Shown here in pieces: positions 50,604-61,227 of a stretch of 64,000 bases of DNA. A program made the translations under genes and the position numbers. A model generated the notes under the pieces. The model had not been told where the DNA came from, made no database searches, and saw only the letters and a program-made list of their open reading frames with translations. Numbering within the stretch: the first letter of the stretch is position 1; every line of letters starts with the position of its first letter. Source of the DNA: an uncultured Pelagibacteraceae bacterium (GTDB lineage: Bacteria; Pseudomonadota; Alphaproteobacteria; Pelagibacterales; AG-422-B15); contig CACLBX010000001.1 of the NCBI GenBank assembly GCA_902605215.1, positions 35,504-99,503 of the forward strand. Direction: 5' to 3'.

Positions 50604-53405
50604 GTGAAAAGCAATAATCACCTATTTTTAGTTGACGGCTCAGGATATATTTTTAGGGCATATTATGCATTACCGCCATTATACAGAAAGAGTGATGGCC
50701 TGCCAACCGGCGCAGTAAACGGCTTCTGTAATATGCTTTACAAACTAATTGAAGATACCAATAAAAGCATTGGGCCAACGCATTTAGCAGTAATCTTTGA
50801 TAGTGCACGAAAAACTTTTAGGAATGAAATTTACAAAGATTACAAGGCAAATAGAGGCGATCCACCAGAAGATTTAATACCACAATTTAAAATTATTAAG
50901 GATGCAGTAAGCGCTTTTGGTATCCAGTCAATTGAATCTAGTGGATTCGAGGCAGATGATATTATAGCTACATATGCCTATGCTGCTGAAAAAAAGGATT
51001 GGCAAGTTTCCATCGTATCCTCAGATAAAGATTTAATGCAATTGGTCTCAAAAAAAATCAGTCTTGTTGATACAATGAAAAATAAAAATATTGGACCAAA
51101 AGAAGTTGAAGAAAAATTTGGCGTAGGACCAGATAAGGTAATCGATGTTCAGGCTCTTGCTGGAGATAGTTCAGATAATGTTCCTGGAGCACCTGGCATT
51201 GGAATAAAGACAGCAGCTCAACTAATAAATGAATTTGGAAATCTTGAAAAATTATTAGAAAAGTGTGGAGATATTAAACAAGAAAAAAGAAGAGATAATA
51301 TTCAAAATAATAAAGAGCAAATAATAATTAGTAAGGAGTTAGTAACTTTAAAGAAAGACGTAAAAGATATTCCATTACTTGCAGATCTAAAAAATAAAAA
51401 TTTAGCAATAACAAAATTAGTTCCGTTTCTAGAAAATCTTGAACTGAAGAAATTAGCAGATCGTATTAGAAAAAAAAATCCAGAAGTAAAATTTGAAAAT
51501 AAAAATATTGAGGAATCAATAACTGAAAAAAAGGATTCAGGTAACACAAGTAGTGATAAAGAAATTACAGCTAAAAATATAAATACTAAATATATACTTG
51601 TTGATGACATAGAATATATTGAGGAATTAAAATCAAAAATCTACGAGATAGGCCATTTCGTTTACGATGTAGAAACTGATTCTTTAAATACATTAGAAGC
51701 CAATCTTATTGGTATATCAATTTGTTATGGCTTAGAAACTTCTTACTATATTCCGTTTAATCACATTGATGAACTTAATCAAAGAATAAAAAAGCAAATT
51801 AAAATCGAAGAGTTTCTCAAAATATTTAAGCCGATAATGGAAGACTCATCAATTATTAAAATTGGACACAATATAAAATATGATAATGCTATATTAAAGA
51901 AATATGGTATCGGTGTGATCGGCTATGATGATACTATGTTAATGTCATTCATTTCTGATGCAGGGATCAATCGCCATGGAATGGATGATCTTGCAAAGAT
52001 ACATCTCAACAAAGAAACAATAAAATATAAAGAAGTCGTTGGAAGTGGTAAATCTCAGATCACATTTGATAAAGTTGACTTAAAGAACGCATTAAAATAT
52101 GCGGCTGAGGATGCAGATATTACTTACAAACTCTATTTATTTTTTAAGAAAAGGATCAATCATGAAAAAAATAATTATATTTATTCCAATATTGAAAAGC
52201 CCTTAATTGATTGCATCCAAACTATGGAATTAAATGGTATAAAGGTTGATAAAGAATACTTAAAAAAGCTATCAACAGATTTTTCAAAAAGAATATTAAA
52301 ATTAGAAAGTAAGATATACAAGGATACTGGTACAGAGTTTAATATTGCATCACCAAAGCAGCTATCTGAAGTATTATTTGATAAACTCAAACTCAAACCG
52401 CCAAAAAAAACAAGAACAGGAGAAAAGTCTACTGGAATAGAGGTGCTTGAAGATCTCGCATACAGAGGGAATAAAGTTGCTGAAACCATTATAGAATGGA
52501 GACAGCTATCAAAGCTAAAGAATACTTATACAGAGGCCCTACAAACTCATATTGTTAAATCTACAGGAAGAATACATACTTCATATGCAATGGCTTCAAC
52601 CAGCACTGGTAGACTTGCATCCTCTGATCCAAATTTGCAAAATATTCCAATAAGAACAGAAGAAGGTAGATCAATTCGTAAGGCATTCATTCCAGATAAA
52701 GATCAAACAATCTTTGCGGCAGACTACAGCCAGATAGAACTAAGAGTATTGGCTCATATGGCTGATGTATCTCAACTCAAAGATGCATTCAATAATAATG
52801 AGGATATACATCAATTAACTGCGTCAGAGATTTTTAATGTCAAACAAAAAGATGTCAGCAAAGATTTACGCAGAAAAGCAAAAGCTGTTAATTTTGGAAT
52901 AATTTATGGAATTTCTGCATTTGGACTAGCAAAACAGTTATCAATATCAAATTATGAAGCAAGTGATTTTATTAAAGAATATTTTAAAAAGTTTTCTGGA
53001 ATAAAAGAATATATGGAAAATACGAAAGAGCTTTGTAGAAAAAATGGTTATGTTGAAACACTATGTGGGAGAAAGTGTTTTTTCCCAAGAATAAAAGATA
53101 AAAATTTTGCTTTAAGGTCATTTCAAGAAAGAGCTGCTATAAACGCCCCAATTCAGGGGACTGCAGCAGATATAATAAAGTTAGCTATGATAAAGATTAA
53201 TGATAAAATAAAATCTACTAATGAATGCAAGATGCTTCTTCAAGTTCACGATGAACTCATTTTTGAAATAAAAAAAGATAAACTTGAAAAATTTAGAAAA
53301 CTAATTGTGGCCGAAATGGAAAATGCATTAAAACCAAAGTTCGATCTCTCTGTACCACTTTCCGTTGATAGTAATAATGCAGATAATTGGAGTGATGCTC
53401 ATTAA
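50604..53405 (+). CDS. polA: DNA polymerase I
   Basis: 933 aa from a GTG start. 5-prime nuclease N-domain (LFLVDGSGYIFRAYYA), 3-5 exo region, and pol motifs DYSQIELRVLAH and LLQVHDEL. Confidence 0.97.
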   Translation: MKSNNHLFLVDGSGYIFRAYYALPPLYRKSDGLPTGAVNGFCNMLYKLIEDTNKSIGPTHLAVIFDSARKTFRNEIYKDYKANRGDPPEDLIPQFKIIKDAVSAFGIQSIESSGFEADDIIATYAYAAEKKDWQVSIVSSDKDLMQLVSKKISLVDTMKNKNIGPKEVEEKFGVGPDKVIDVQALAGDSSDNVPGAPGIGIKTAAQLINEFGNLEKLLEKCGDIKQEKRRDNIQNNKEQIIISKELVTLKKDVKDIPLLADLKNKNLAITKLVPFLENLELKKLADRIRKKNPEVKFENKNIEESITEKKDSGNTSSDKEITAKNINTKYILVDDIEYIEELKSKIYEIGHFVYDVETDSLNTLEANLIGISICYGLETSYYIPFNHIDELNQRIKKQIKIEEFLKIFKPIMEDSSIIKIGHNIKYDNAILKKYGIGVIGYDDTMLMSFISDAGINRHGMDDLAKIHLNKETIKYKEVVGSGKSQITFDKVDLKNALKYAAEDADITYKLYLFFKKRINHEKNNYIYSNIEKPLIDCIQTMELNGIKVDKEYLKKLSTDFSKRILKLESKIYKDTGTEFNIASPKQLSEVLFDKLKLKPPKKTRTGEKSTGIEVLEDLAYRGNKVAETIIEWRQLSKLKNTYTEALQTHIVKSTGRIHTSYAMASTSTGRLASSDPNLQNIPIRTEEGRSIRKAFIPDKDQTIFAADYSQIELRVLAHMADVSQLKDAFNNNEDIHQLTASEIFNVKQKDVSKDLRRKAKAVNFGIIYGISAFGLAKQLSISNYEASDFIKEYFKKFSGIKEYMENTKELCRKNGYVETLCGRKCFFPRIKDKNFALRSFQERAAINAPIQGTAADIIKLAMIKINDKIKSTNECKMLLQVHDELIFEIKKDKLEKFRKLIVAEMENALKPKFDLSVPLSVDSNNADNWSDAH

Positions 53406-54181
53406 TGACTGAAACTATTATACTTGTTACGGGAGGATTTGATCCTATTCACAGCGGACATATTGCTTACTTTAAGGATGCAAAAAAGTTAGGAAACAAG
53501 CTTGTAGTTGGTGTTAATTCAGATAATTGGTTGATAAAAAAAAAAGGTAGTGCGTTTCTTCCCATTCAAGAGAGAATAGAAATTGTTTCGAATTTAGCTG
53601 TAGTTGATGCTGCTATTGAATTTGAAGATGATGAGAACCAATCTGCGTCAAATGCAATTCAAAAAGTTTTAGAAATTTATCCAGATGATAAAATAATTTT
53701 TGCAAATGGTGGTGATAGAAATCAAGCCAATATTCCTGAAATGGATAAATTTGTGAATAATGAAAGAGTAAGTTTTGAGTTTGGAGTTGGAGGAGATTTT
53801 AAAAAAAATTCGTCTAGTTGGATATTAAAAAACTGGAAAGTGCCAGTTGAACATCGGCCGTGGGGTTGGTATAGAGTTTTAGATGATAGTGATGATCACA
53901 AAGTGAAAGAGATAGAAGTCAATCCTAAGTCAAGATTAAGTTACCAATCACATTCTAAAAGATCTGAAGTCTGGACTGTGATTAATGGAGAAGCCTTGGT
54001 TACAATTGATGATAAAACAACAGAGTTAAAAATCAACGAGTCAATATTTATTCCAGTTAATTCTAAGCACCGGTTAGAAAATAAGTCGGATATGAAATTA
54101 AATATTATTGAAATTCAAACAGGATCATATTTTGGTGAGGATGACATAGAAAGATATGAAGATGATTACAATCGATCGTAA
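53405..54181 (+). CDS. fusion protein: cytidylyltransferase-like (HIGH-type nucleotidyltransferase) N-domain plus type II mannose-6-phosphate-isomerase-like cupin C-domain
   Basis: 258 aa. N-domain TGGFDPIHSGHIAYFKDAKKLGNKLVVGVNSD (RfaE-II/TagD-like). C-domain HRPWGWY..LSYQSHSKRSEVWTV..IPVNSKHRLEN..IEIQTGSYFGEDDIERYEDDY (ManC C-terminal cupin pattern). TAATG overlap with the polA stop. Confidence 0.6.
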   Translation: MTETIILVTGGFDPIHSGHIAYFKDAKKLGNKLVVGVNSDNWLIKKKGSAFLPIQERIEIVSNLAVVDAAIEFEDDENQSASNAIQKVLEIYPDDKIIFANGGDRNQANIPEMDKFVNNERVSFEFGVGGDFKKNSSSWILKNWKVPVEHRPWGWYRVLDDSDDHKVKEIEVNPKSRLSYQSHSKRSEVWTVINGEALVTIDDKTTELKINESIFIPVNSKHRLENKSDMKLNIIEIQTGSYFGEDDIERYEDDYNRS

Positions 54182-54184
54182 TAT

Positions 54185-55453
54185 ATGAAAGTTAACTACC
54201 CATATCTTTATTTAGCTTTTTTTTTACTACTTAATATATTTAATTTTGTAGATAGAAATCTTCTTATAGCTTTTGCTCCTCAAATAAAGTCTGAGTTTAA
54301 TCTTACAAATGTGCAATGGGGACTCCTGACAGGCGTTTATTTTCTCTTTTTTTATTCAGTTTTTGGCATATTTATGGGCGTGCTTGGAGACAAATTTAGT
54401 AGAATGAAAATTGCTGCAGCGGGAGTATTTTTATGGAGCTTAATGACTGCTTTTACTGGCGTTGCTAAAAATTTCTCACACTTAATTTTCGCCAGAGCTC
54501 TTATTGGTGTTGGAGAATCTGCATTAACTCCTAATGCAATATCAATGCTATCTGATCTTTTCAAACAAAATCAAAGAGGGACTGCTTCTGCTATTTATTA
54601 TTTAGGCATACCTCTGGGTGTTGGATTCGGAATGTTAATCGCAGCTTTTTTTGGACCAGTTTTTGGATGGCGAGCGGTATTTATCACATTAGGTTTGATT
54701 GGAATGGGACTTGGAATAGTAACTTATTTTCTTTTTGAACCGAGACGTGGTCAACTAGATAAATCTTTTAATCAAGATAGTAAATCCGCAAGCATTAGAG
54801 AAATTATAAGTATGACAAAATCTGCTCTTTATAATTCTAAATGTCTAACATTTGTAATTATTGGTAGTATTTTTTTGCACATACCACTAGGCGCAGGAAA
54901 CTTTGAAGTTTTATGGGCTGTAAATGAAAGAGGTTTTACCGCAAGCTCATATAATTCTCTGTTTGGGATTTTTTTTATATTAGGTGGTACTGTTGGAGCA
55001 GTCCTAGGTGGTGTTCTATCTGATCGCATAAGTCATTACTTTAAAGGAGGTGTAATGACCTTTTTAGTTATATCTTATTTAATTTTAACACCCTTAACTA
55101 TTAGTTATCGATTTATTAGTCCTGAAACAAACTTTTTCTATTTAACTTTATTTTTTGTTTCATTTAACGTTACCTTTTTTTATGGGCCAGTTTTTGCCTC
55201 AGTGCAAGAATTAACTCCAGTTAAAGTTAGGTCAACGATGGTTGCCGTATTTATATTGGGAGTAAATATTATTGGAATGGGAGTAGGTAGTTTCTTTACA
55301 GGCTACCTTATTGATTACGTATTTAATGATTTTTCATCTCCATATACATTTTCTCTAATTACAATTGGGCTTACAGGACTTATAGCAATCATTTGTTATT
55401 ATATTGCCAGTTTTAGCTACAAAGAGGACATTGAGAGAGTAAATAAATCTTAA
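54185..55453 (+). CDS. MFS transporter
   Basis: 422 aa, about 12 TM, with MFS motif [13 protein letters not shown]. Confidence 0.8.
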   Translation: MKVNYPYLYLAFFLLLNIFNFVDRNLLIAFAPQIKSEFNLTNVQWGLLTGVYFLFFYSVFGIFMGVLGDKFSRMKIAAAGVFLWSLMTAFTGVAKNFSHLIFARALIGVGESALTPNAISMLSDLFKQNQRGTASAIYYLGIPLGVGFGMLIAAFFGPVFGWRAVFITLGLIGMGLGIVTYFLFEPRRGQLDKSFNQDSKSASIREIISMTKSALYNSKCLTFVIIGSIFLHIPLGAGNFEVLWAVNERGFTASSYNSLFGIFFILGGTVGAVLGGVLSDRISHYFKGGVMTFLVISYLILTPLTISYRFISPETNFFYLTLFFVSFNVTFFYGPVFASVQELTPVKVRSTMVAVFILGVNIIGMGVGSFFTGYLIDYVFNDFSSPYTFSLITIGLTGLIAIICYYIASFSYKEDIERVNKS

Positions 55454-57054
55454 TTAGCAATAGGACCTGAAGCCTTTACATTCTCTTCAACATCAGATTC
55501 AAACTTAGTAAAATTACTAATGAACATTTGCACTAATTTTTTAGCTTGCGCATCATAATCAGATTCACTTTGCCAAGTTTTTTTTGGATCCAATATCTGT
55601 TCATTAATTCCATCAACTTTGACTGGAACTGAAAAGCCAAAATTTGGATCTTTTCTCATTTCGGTATTAGCGAGCTTGCCTGAAAGGGCAGCATTCAGTA
55701 ATGTTCTAGTATTTTTAATTGATATTCTTTCACCAACTCCATAAACACCACCAGACCAACCTGTGTTTACAAGCCAGCAGTCTACCTCATGATCTGATAT
55801 CTTTTTTTTAAGTAAATTTCCGTACTCTATTGGATTTCTTGGCATAAATGGTGCACCAAAACATGTTGAAAATGTTGCCTGAGGTTCGTTTGAAAGACCA
55901 ATTTCAGTACCTGCAACTTTTGCTGTATAGCCTGATAGAAAATGATACATCGCCTGATCTGCAGAAAGTTTAGCAATAGGAGGTAATACACCAAATGCAT
56001 CAGCAGTTAGCATAATAATATTTTTTGGGTGACCAGTTTTTCCAGATTCGGTAACGCCTGGAATATAGTCTAAAGGATAAGCCCCCCTCGTATTTTCTGT
56101 CAAGGAATTGTCATCTAGATCTAAAGTTCCGTCATCTTTCATGACAGCATTTTCAATAACTGTACCTTTCATTTGAGTAGTAGCATAAATTTCTGGCTCT
56201 GCTTCTTCAGATAGTCTTATGAGTTTTGCGTAGCATCCACCTTCAAAATTAAAAAGACCCTCATCTGACCATCCATGCTCATCATCTCCAAGGAGTGATC
56301 TTTTAGGATCCGCACTTAATGTAGTTTTACCCGTACCGGATAAACCAAAGAAGATTGCAGCATCACCATTTTCACCAGTATTAACAGAACAATGCATTGG
56401 CATAATATTTTTCTCAGGAAGCAAGAAATTTAAAAGAGTAAATACAGATTTTTTTGTCTCGCCTGCGTACTCAGTACCAGCTATTAAAATTATTTTTTCA
56501 GCGAGATTAACAGCTATTACAGTTTCACTATTAGTACCATGAATGCTCGGATCCATTTTCAAACTTGGAAAGTTCACAATAGTATACTCTGGATTAAAAT
56601 GCTCAAGCTCATCAGCGTTTGGTCTAACAAGTAAATGTCTAGCAAATAATCCATGCCAAGCATATTCTGTTATTATTGAAACATTTAACGAATGATTACG
56701 ATCTGCTCCGCCCATTAAGTTATGTAAGTATAATGATTTATCCTTCGAGAAATCTATAAATGCATCGGCAATTTTTGTATAATATTCTTCTGAGATAGGC
56801 ACGTTTGTTTCACCCCAATGGATTTTTTGATCATTTAAATTTTCTTTAACAAAAAATTTATCATTAGCTGACCTACCTGTATGCTGACCTGTTTTAACAA
56901 CTAAAGCTCCATGCAATGATAGTTTACCTTCGCCAGAGGTGTAAGCAATTTCATACAGTTCTTCAGAGTTTAGGTCGTTTTTAATTGAAGAAGCATTTTG
57001 TATAATGCTGCTTTTTATTGAATTTTGCATATTTTGTGGTCGTGATAAAAACAT
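55450..57054 (-). CDS. pckA: phosphoenolpyruvate carboxykinase (ATP)
   Basis: 534 aa: TGRSANDKF, kinase-1a [23 protein letters not shown]. Confidence 0.96.
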   Translation of the reverse strand: MFLSRPQNMQNSIKSSIIQNASSIKNDLNSEELYEIAYTSGEGKLSLHGALVVKTGQHTGRSANDKFFVKENLNDQKIHWGETNVPISEEYYTKIADAFIDFSKDKSLYLHNLMGGADRNHSLNVSIITEYAWHGLFARHLLVRPNADELEHFNPEYTIVNFPSLKMDPSIHGTNSETVIAVNLAEKIILIAGTEYAGETKKSVFTLLNFLLPEKNIMPMHCSVNTGENGDAAIFFGLSGTGKTTLSADPKRSLLGDDEHGWSDEGLFNFEGGCYAKLIRLSEEAEPEIYATTQMKGTVIENAVMKDDGTLDLDDNSLTENTRGAYPLDYIPGVTESGKTGHPKNIIMLTADAFGVLPPIAKLSADQAMYHFLSGYTAKVAGTEIGLSNEPQATFSTCFGAPFMPRNPIEYGNLLKKKISDHEVDCWLVNTGWSGGVYGVGERISIKNTRTLLNAALSGKLANTEMRKDPNFGFSVPVKVDGINEQILDPKKTWQSESDYDAQAKKLVQMFISNFTKFESDVEENVKASGPIAN

Positions 57055-57175
57055 ATAATAACATGTATGTTAAGTGCTAATATCTAAATAAATGAAAAAA
57101 ACTGTTAGTTAAATTATGCAATATTTCTGCCATTTTGTGGTCATACAATACTTTAAAATATAATGAAAATTTGAA

Positions 57176-57874
57176 ATGAAACACCTTATTGCCCTCGTAG
57201 ATGATGATCGAAATATTTTAATTTCTCTTGAAGAGTTGCTTAAAAAAGAGGAATTTGAAATCCATACGTATAGCGACGGTCAGTCAGCATTAATCGGCAT
57301 GTCTAGGTATCCTCCAGAATTAGCAGTGATTGATATAAAAATGCCAAAAATGGATGGATACGAATTATTCAAAAAAATAAGAGAAAAAACTGAAATACCT
57401 GTGATCTTTCTGACATCAAAAGACCAAGAGGCCGATAGATTGAAAGGCTTAATGCATGGTGTTGATAGCTATGTAACAAAAAGCGGAAATTTTTCAAAAG
57501 AAATCTTAATAGAAACAATTAAAAATACGCTCAATAGAAAAAATATCGAGAAAGAAAATTCTGAAAAAAAACAAATTATTATACTGGGAAATCTCAGGTT
57601 AGACTGTTTGAGATACGAATGTGAATGGAAGGAGAAATCACTTTTAGAACCTCTAACTACTACTGAATTTAAAATAATAAAGGAATTGGTTGAAAGACCA
57701 GGCATTGTTAAATCAAGAGATAGATTAATGGAAATTGCTTACAGAGATGAATTAGATGTTGATGATAGAACAATTGACAGTCATATAAAGAGGATCAGAA
57801 AAAAATTTAGAAAAATCGATCCTGAGTTTAAATCCATAAATACTTTATACGGATCAGGATATAAATGGAAATAA
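57176..57874 (+). CDS. chvI: OmpR-family response regulator ChvI
   Basis: 232 aa, closely parallel to rhizobial ChvI (IALVDDDRNIL.., IDIKMP.MDG, PVIFLTSKD, RPG.VKSRD.LM..AY.....VDDRTIDSHIKR.RKKF, TLYG.GY). Divergent from pckA as in Agrobacterium, Sinorhizobium and Brucella. Confidence 0.88.
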   Translation: MKHLIALVDDDRNILISLEELLKKEEFEIHTYSDGQSALIGMSRYPPELAVIDIKMPKMDGYELFKKIREKTEIPVIFLTSKDQEADRLKGLMHGVDSYVTKSGNFSKEILIETIKNTLNRKNIEKENSEKKQIIILGNLRLDCLRYECEWKEKSLLEPLTTTEFKIIKELVERPGIVKSRDRLMEIAYRDELDVDDRTIDSHIKRIRKKFRKIDPEFKSINTLYGSGYKWK

Positions 57875-57887
57875 TACAGTATACAAC

Positions 57888-59420
57888 TTGAACAGCCTAT
57901 TTAGAAAATTTTTATTGTACAACTTTGTTGGATTACTAATTTTAATAGTTAGTGCAATATTTATAATTATTTTCCTTAATAACTATCAACTTAATAAAAG
58001 ACTTAAACAAATCGATAACCAGTCATTGATTATTTATAATTTCTTAAAAACCTCAAATTTGCTCAGAGATATACAAACACAACTATCAACGGAGGTTATT
58101 CTCTCTAAGCTAGAAATCAAAAATCTTTCTATTATAATTATGGATGAGAACATGAGTATCTTGTTAGATACGAAAGGCTATGACTTAGAAAGTAGTTCTT
58201 TTTCAAATCAGTCTGCTGCAGAAGTTGAGATCATAGATAAAAATAGTTCAACAATTACTTCTAGCTTAGATCAAAAAGAAAACTTAGCTAATAGAGATTT
58301 TTTAAATCACCCAACATTCCTGACTAATTTTAAAAATTTAGAAAAAGGGACTCAGAAAAATTTTTCAATTGAGTTGAATAATAATAAACTTGAATTGGTC
58401 TCAATCTTTCCCATTAGTTATGATGACATTTATTACTATATCGTTGCGCATGAAGATAATACCAACATTCAAAATGTAAATAATCAAATACAACTAAATG
58501 TATTACTAACAGGTTTAGTTATTGGAGGTTGCTTAATATTATTTTCATTTTTTTTAAATTTTATAATCCTTAAACCTATTAGAAACTTAGCAAATGCTGC
58601 TGAAAAAGTCCAAATGGACTATAAAACAAAACCTCTTATTTCTGGACTGGATAGAAGAGATGACGAAATTGGTCAACTATCTAAGATCATTAATGAAATG
58701 TTAAATAGTTTATATAATAAAATTGATAATGCTGAAAATAATTCAGCTGATTTGATGCATGAAATCCGAAATCCTCTTGCCTCAATTAAAATGGCTTCAG
58801 AGGTTATTACGGATGAGATGAGTGATAGTCAAAAAAAATTCCTAAATCTTATTCAGAATGATATTTCAAGAATTGAAAGTATCATTACTGATTATTCAGT
58901 GATGATTAAAAATGAGGTAAATTTGTATAAAAGCCAATTGCAAAAATTTGAAATTAAATCCTTACTACATGAGATCATAGAAGACGTTCAAAAAATATTA
59001 CCTGATCAAATCCAAATAAAATTTTTATACGATCAAGATAATCAAGAGGATATTTTTGTTGATGGCCAGAAGAAATTTTTTTCACAAGCTATCAAAAATA
59101 TTATAGATAATGCAATTTCTTTTTCTCCAAAGCCTGGAATTATAAAAGTCCTTTTATCATCGACCAGTAACTACCTGAGTATAGCAATTGTTGACGAAGG
59201 ACCGGGTATTAAGGAGCCTGATATGAAAAGAATTTTTGAGCGTTTTTACTCCTTAAGAGAAGAAGATAATAAATCACATTCTGGACTTGGATTAAATATT
59301 GCCAAACAGATTATTGATGCACATGAAGGCTCAATTTCTGTAGATAATCTTATAGAAGAAAATGATATTAAGGGTGCGAAGTTCATCGTCAACTTACCCC
59401 AAGTAAATATTAATAAATAA
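57888..59420 (+). CDS. chvG: sensor histidine kinase ChvG/ExoS type
   Basis: 510 aa from a TTG start. Two TM flanking a periplasmic domain, H-box LMHEIRNPLASI, ATPase region GLGLNIAKQI. Immediately downstream of chvI. Confidence 0.75.
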   Translation: MNSLFRKFLLYNFVGLLILIVSAIFIIIFLNNYQLNKRLKQIDNQSLIIYNFLKTSNLLRDIQTQLSTEVILSKLEIKNLSIIIMDENMSILLDTKGYDLESSSFSNQSAAEVEIIDKNSSTITSSLDQKENLANRDFLNHPTFLTNFKNLEKGTQKNFSIELNNNKLELVSIFPISYDDIYYYIVAHEDNTNIQNVNNQIQLNVLLTGLVIGGCLILFSFFLNFIILKPIRNLANAAEKVQMDYKTKPLISGLDRRDDEIGQLSKIINEMLNSLYNKIDNAENNSADLMHEIRNPLASIKMASEVITDEMSDSQKKFLNLIQNDISRIESIITDYSVMIKNEVNLYKSQLQKFEIKSLLHEIIEDVQKILPDQIQIKFLYDQDNQEDIFVDGQKKFFSQAIKNIIDNAISFSPKPGIIKVLLSSTSNYLSIAIVDEGPGIKEPDMKRIFERFYSLREEDNKSHSGLGLNIAKQIIDAHEGSISVDNLIEENDIKGAKFIVNLPQVNINK

Positions 59421-59463
59421 TCATATTGAATATTAATCTATTTAACCCTATATTTTAAAAATT

Positions 59464-60756
59464 ATGGCAATAGAAGATTTTAAAGTAGCGGATATAGAAC
59501 AAGCTGAATTTGGCAGGAAAGAAATATCCCTTGCTGAGACAGAGATGCCAGGCCTAATGGCCTTAAGAGATGAGTATAAAGGCCAGAAACCTCTAGATGG
59601 CGCAAGAATAGTCGGCTGTCTTCATATGACTATCCAAACTGCAGTTTTAATTGAAACTTTGGTAGAATTAGGAGCTGACGTGAGATGGTCATCCTGTAAT
59701 ATTTTTTCAACACAAGATCATGCTGCCGCTGCAATAGCTAAAGCAGGTATTCCGGTTTATGCCTGGAAAGGGGAAACAGAAGAAGAGTATTGGTGGTGTG
59801 TTCGACAAACTATTGAAGGAAAAGAAGGGTGGAAACCTAATTTAATATTAGATGATGGTGGAGACCTTACAGGGCTCATGCATAAAGAATATAAGGAGCT
59901 GCTCCACGATGTAAAAGGTTTATCTGAAGAAACTACTACTGGGGTTTTAGCGCTCAAAAAAATGGAAATTGATGGAACTCTTATGGTACCAGCAATAAAT
60001 GTGAATGACTCCGTAACTAAATCTAAGTTTGATAATCTCTATGGATGCAGAGAGAGTTTAGTGGACGGTATTAAAAGAGCAACAGATGTAATGATGTCAG
60101 GAAAGGTTGCAATCGTTGCTGGTTTTGGAGATGTTGGGAAAGGAAGCGCTGCTTCATTACGTCAAAGTGGGGCAAGAGTAATGGTTACTGAAGCAGATCC
60201 TATATGTGCATTGCAAGCAGCAATGGAGGGTTATGAGGTTGTTACAATGGATGATATGATAAAAGAAGCAGACATTGTCGTTACTGCTACAGGTAACAAG
60301 GATATTGTAACCGCTGATCATATGAGAGAAATGAAGGATAGAGCAATATTATGTAATATTGGTCACTTCGATAACGAAATTCAAGTTGAGGCTCTTAAAA
60401 ACTATAAATGGGATGAAATTAAACCTCAGGTTCACGAAATTACTCTTCCTAGTGAAAAGAGAATTATTTTACTTGCTGAAGGTAGATTGGTTAACCTCGG
60501 CTGTGCAACAGGTCATCCTAGTTTTGTTATGAGTGCATCATTTACAAACCAGGTTACTGCTCAGATTGAACTTTGGAACAATCCTGAAAAGTATGAGAAA
60601 AAAGTGTACGTACTTCCAAAGCATTTAGATGAAAAGGTTGCAAGACTTCATTTGGAAAAAGTAGGTGCAAAACTTACGAAATTATCTAAAGAACAAGCAG
60701 ATTATATAAGTGTCACTCCTGAAGGACCTTATAAGCCTGAAGCTTATAGATACTAA
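59464..60756 (+). CDS. ahcY: adenosylhomocysteinase
   Basis: 430 aa: [20 protein letters not shown] motif [16 protein letters not shown]. Short form without the roughly 40-aa insertion. Confidence 0.96.
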   Translation: MAIEDFKVADIEQAEFGRKEISLAETEMPGLMALRDEYKGQKPLDGARIVGCLHMTIQTAVLIETLVELGADVRWSSCNIFSTQDHAAAAIAKAGIPVYAWKGETEEEYWWCVRQTIEGKEGWKPNLILDDGGDLTGLMHKEYKELLHDVKGLSEETTTGVLALKKMEIDGTLMVPAINVNDSVTKSKFDNLYGCRESLVDGIKRATDVMMSGKVAIVAGFGDVGKGSAASLRQSGARVMVTEADPICALQAAMEGYEVVTMDDMIKEADIVVTATGNKDIVTADHMREMKDRAILCNIGHFDNEIQVEALKNYKWDEIKPQVHEITLPSEKRIILLAEGRLVNLGCATGHPSFVMSASFTNQVTAQIELWNNPEKYEKKVYVLPKHLDEKVARLHLEKVGAKLTKLSKEQADYISVTPEGPYKPEAYRY

Positions 60757-60783
60757 ATCATATTTTTAAGATATTATTTTTTC

Positions 60784-61227
60784 ATGCTTCTGAAGAATGA
60801 AGGTGATACAGAAAAACTCGCTAAAAGATTGGTTAAACTATCTAAAAAAGGCAATGCAGTTATTTGTTTAAATGGGGATTTAGGTTCAGGAAAAACAACA
60901 TTCACAAGATATTTTATTAGAAATTTTTTCAAGAGTTTAGAAATTAAAGAAATTCCAAGCCCAACGTTTACTCTATTGCAAGTTTATGAGCATGAAGGCC
61001 ATACAATAAATCATTATGACTTTTATCGGTTAAAAAATTCTAGTGAACTTTTTGAACTTAATTTTGGTGAGGCAGTAACGGATGATGTCTGCTTGATTGA
61101 ATGGTCAGATAAGTTTGAAGAAATATTACCAAATGATCGTATCGAAATTAATTTTCAAATTAAAAGTAAGGTTTCAAGAAGTGTACAAATCACTTTAAGA
61201 GGCAAATTTAAAAATCAAAAGTATTAG
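60784..61227 (+). CDS. tsaE: tRNA t6A37 biosynthesis ATPase TsaE (YjeE)
   Basis: 147 aa: LNGDLGSGKTTFTR, PSPTFTL.., HYDFYRL. Confidence 0.85.
   Translation: MLLKNEGDTEKLAKRLVKLSKKGNAVICLNGDLGSGKTTFTRYFIRNFFKSLEIKEIPSPTFTLLQVYEHEGHTINHYDFYRLKNSSELFELNFGEAVTDDVCLIEWSDKFEEILPNDRIEINFQIKSKVSRSVQITLRGKFKNQKY

Noticed and set aside
59421-59463. SAH riboswitch upstream of ahcY, and a SAM riboswitch upstream of metK (14516..14554)
   Set aside because: The ahcY spacer is only 43 nt and almost pure AT, too short and unstructured for the GC-rich SAH element. metK has no leader at all because its start overlaps lnt.
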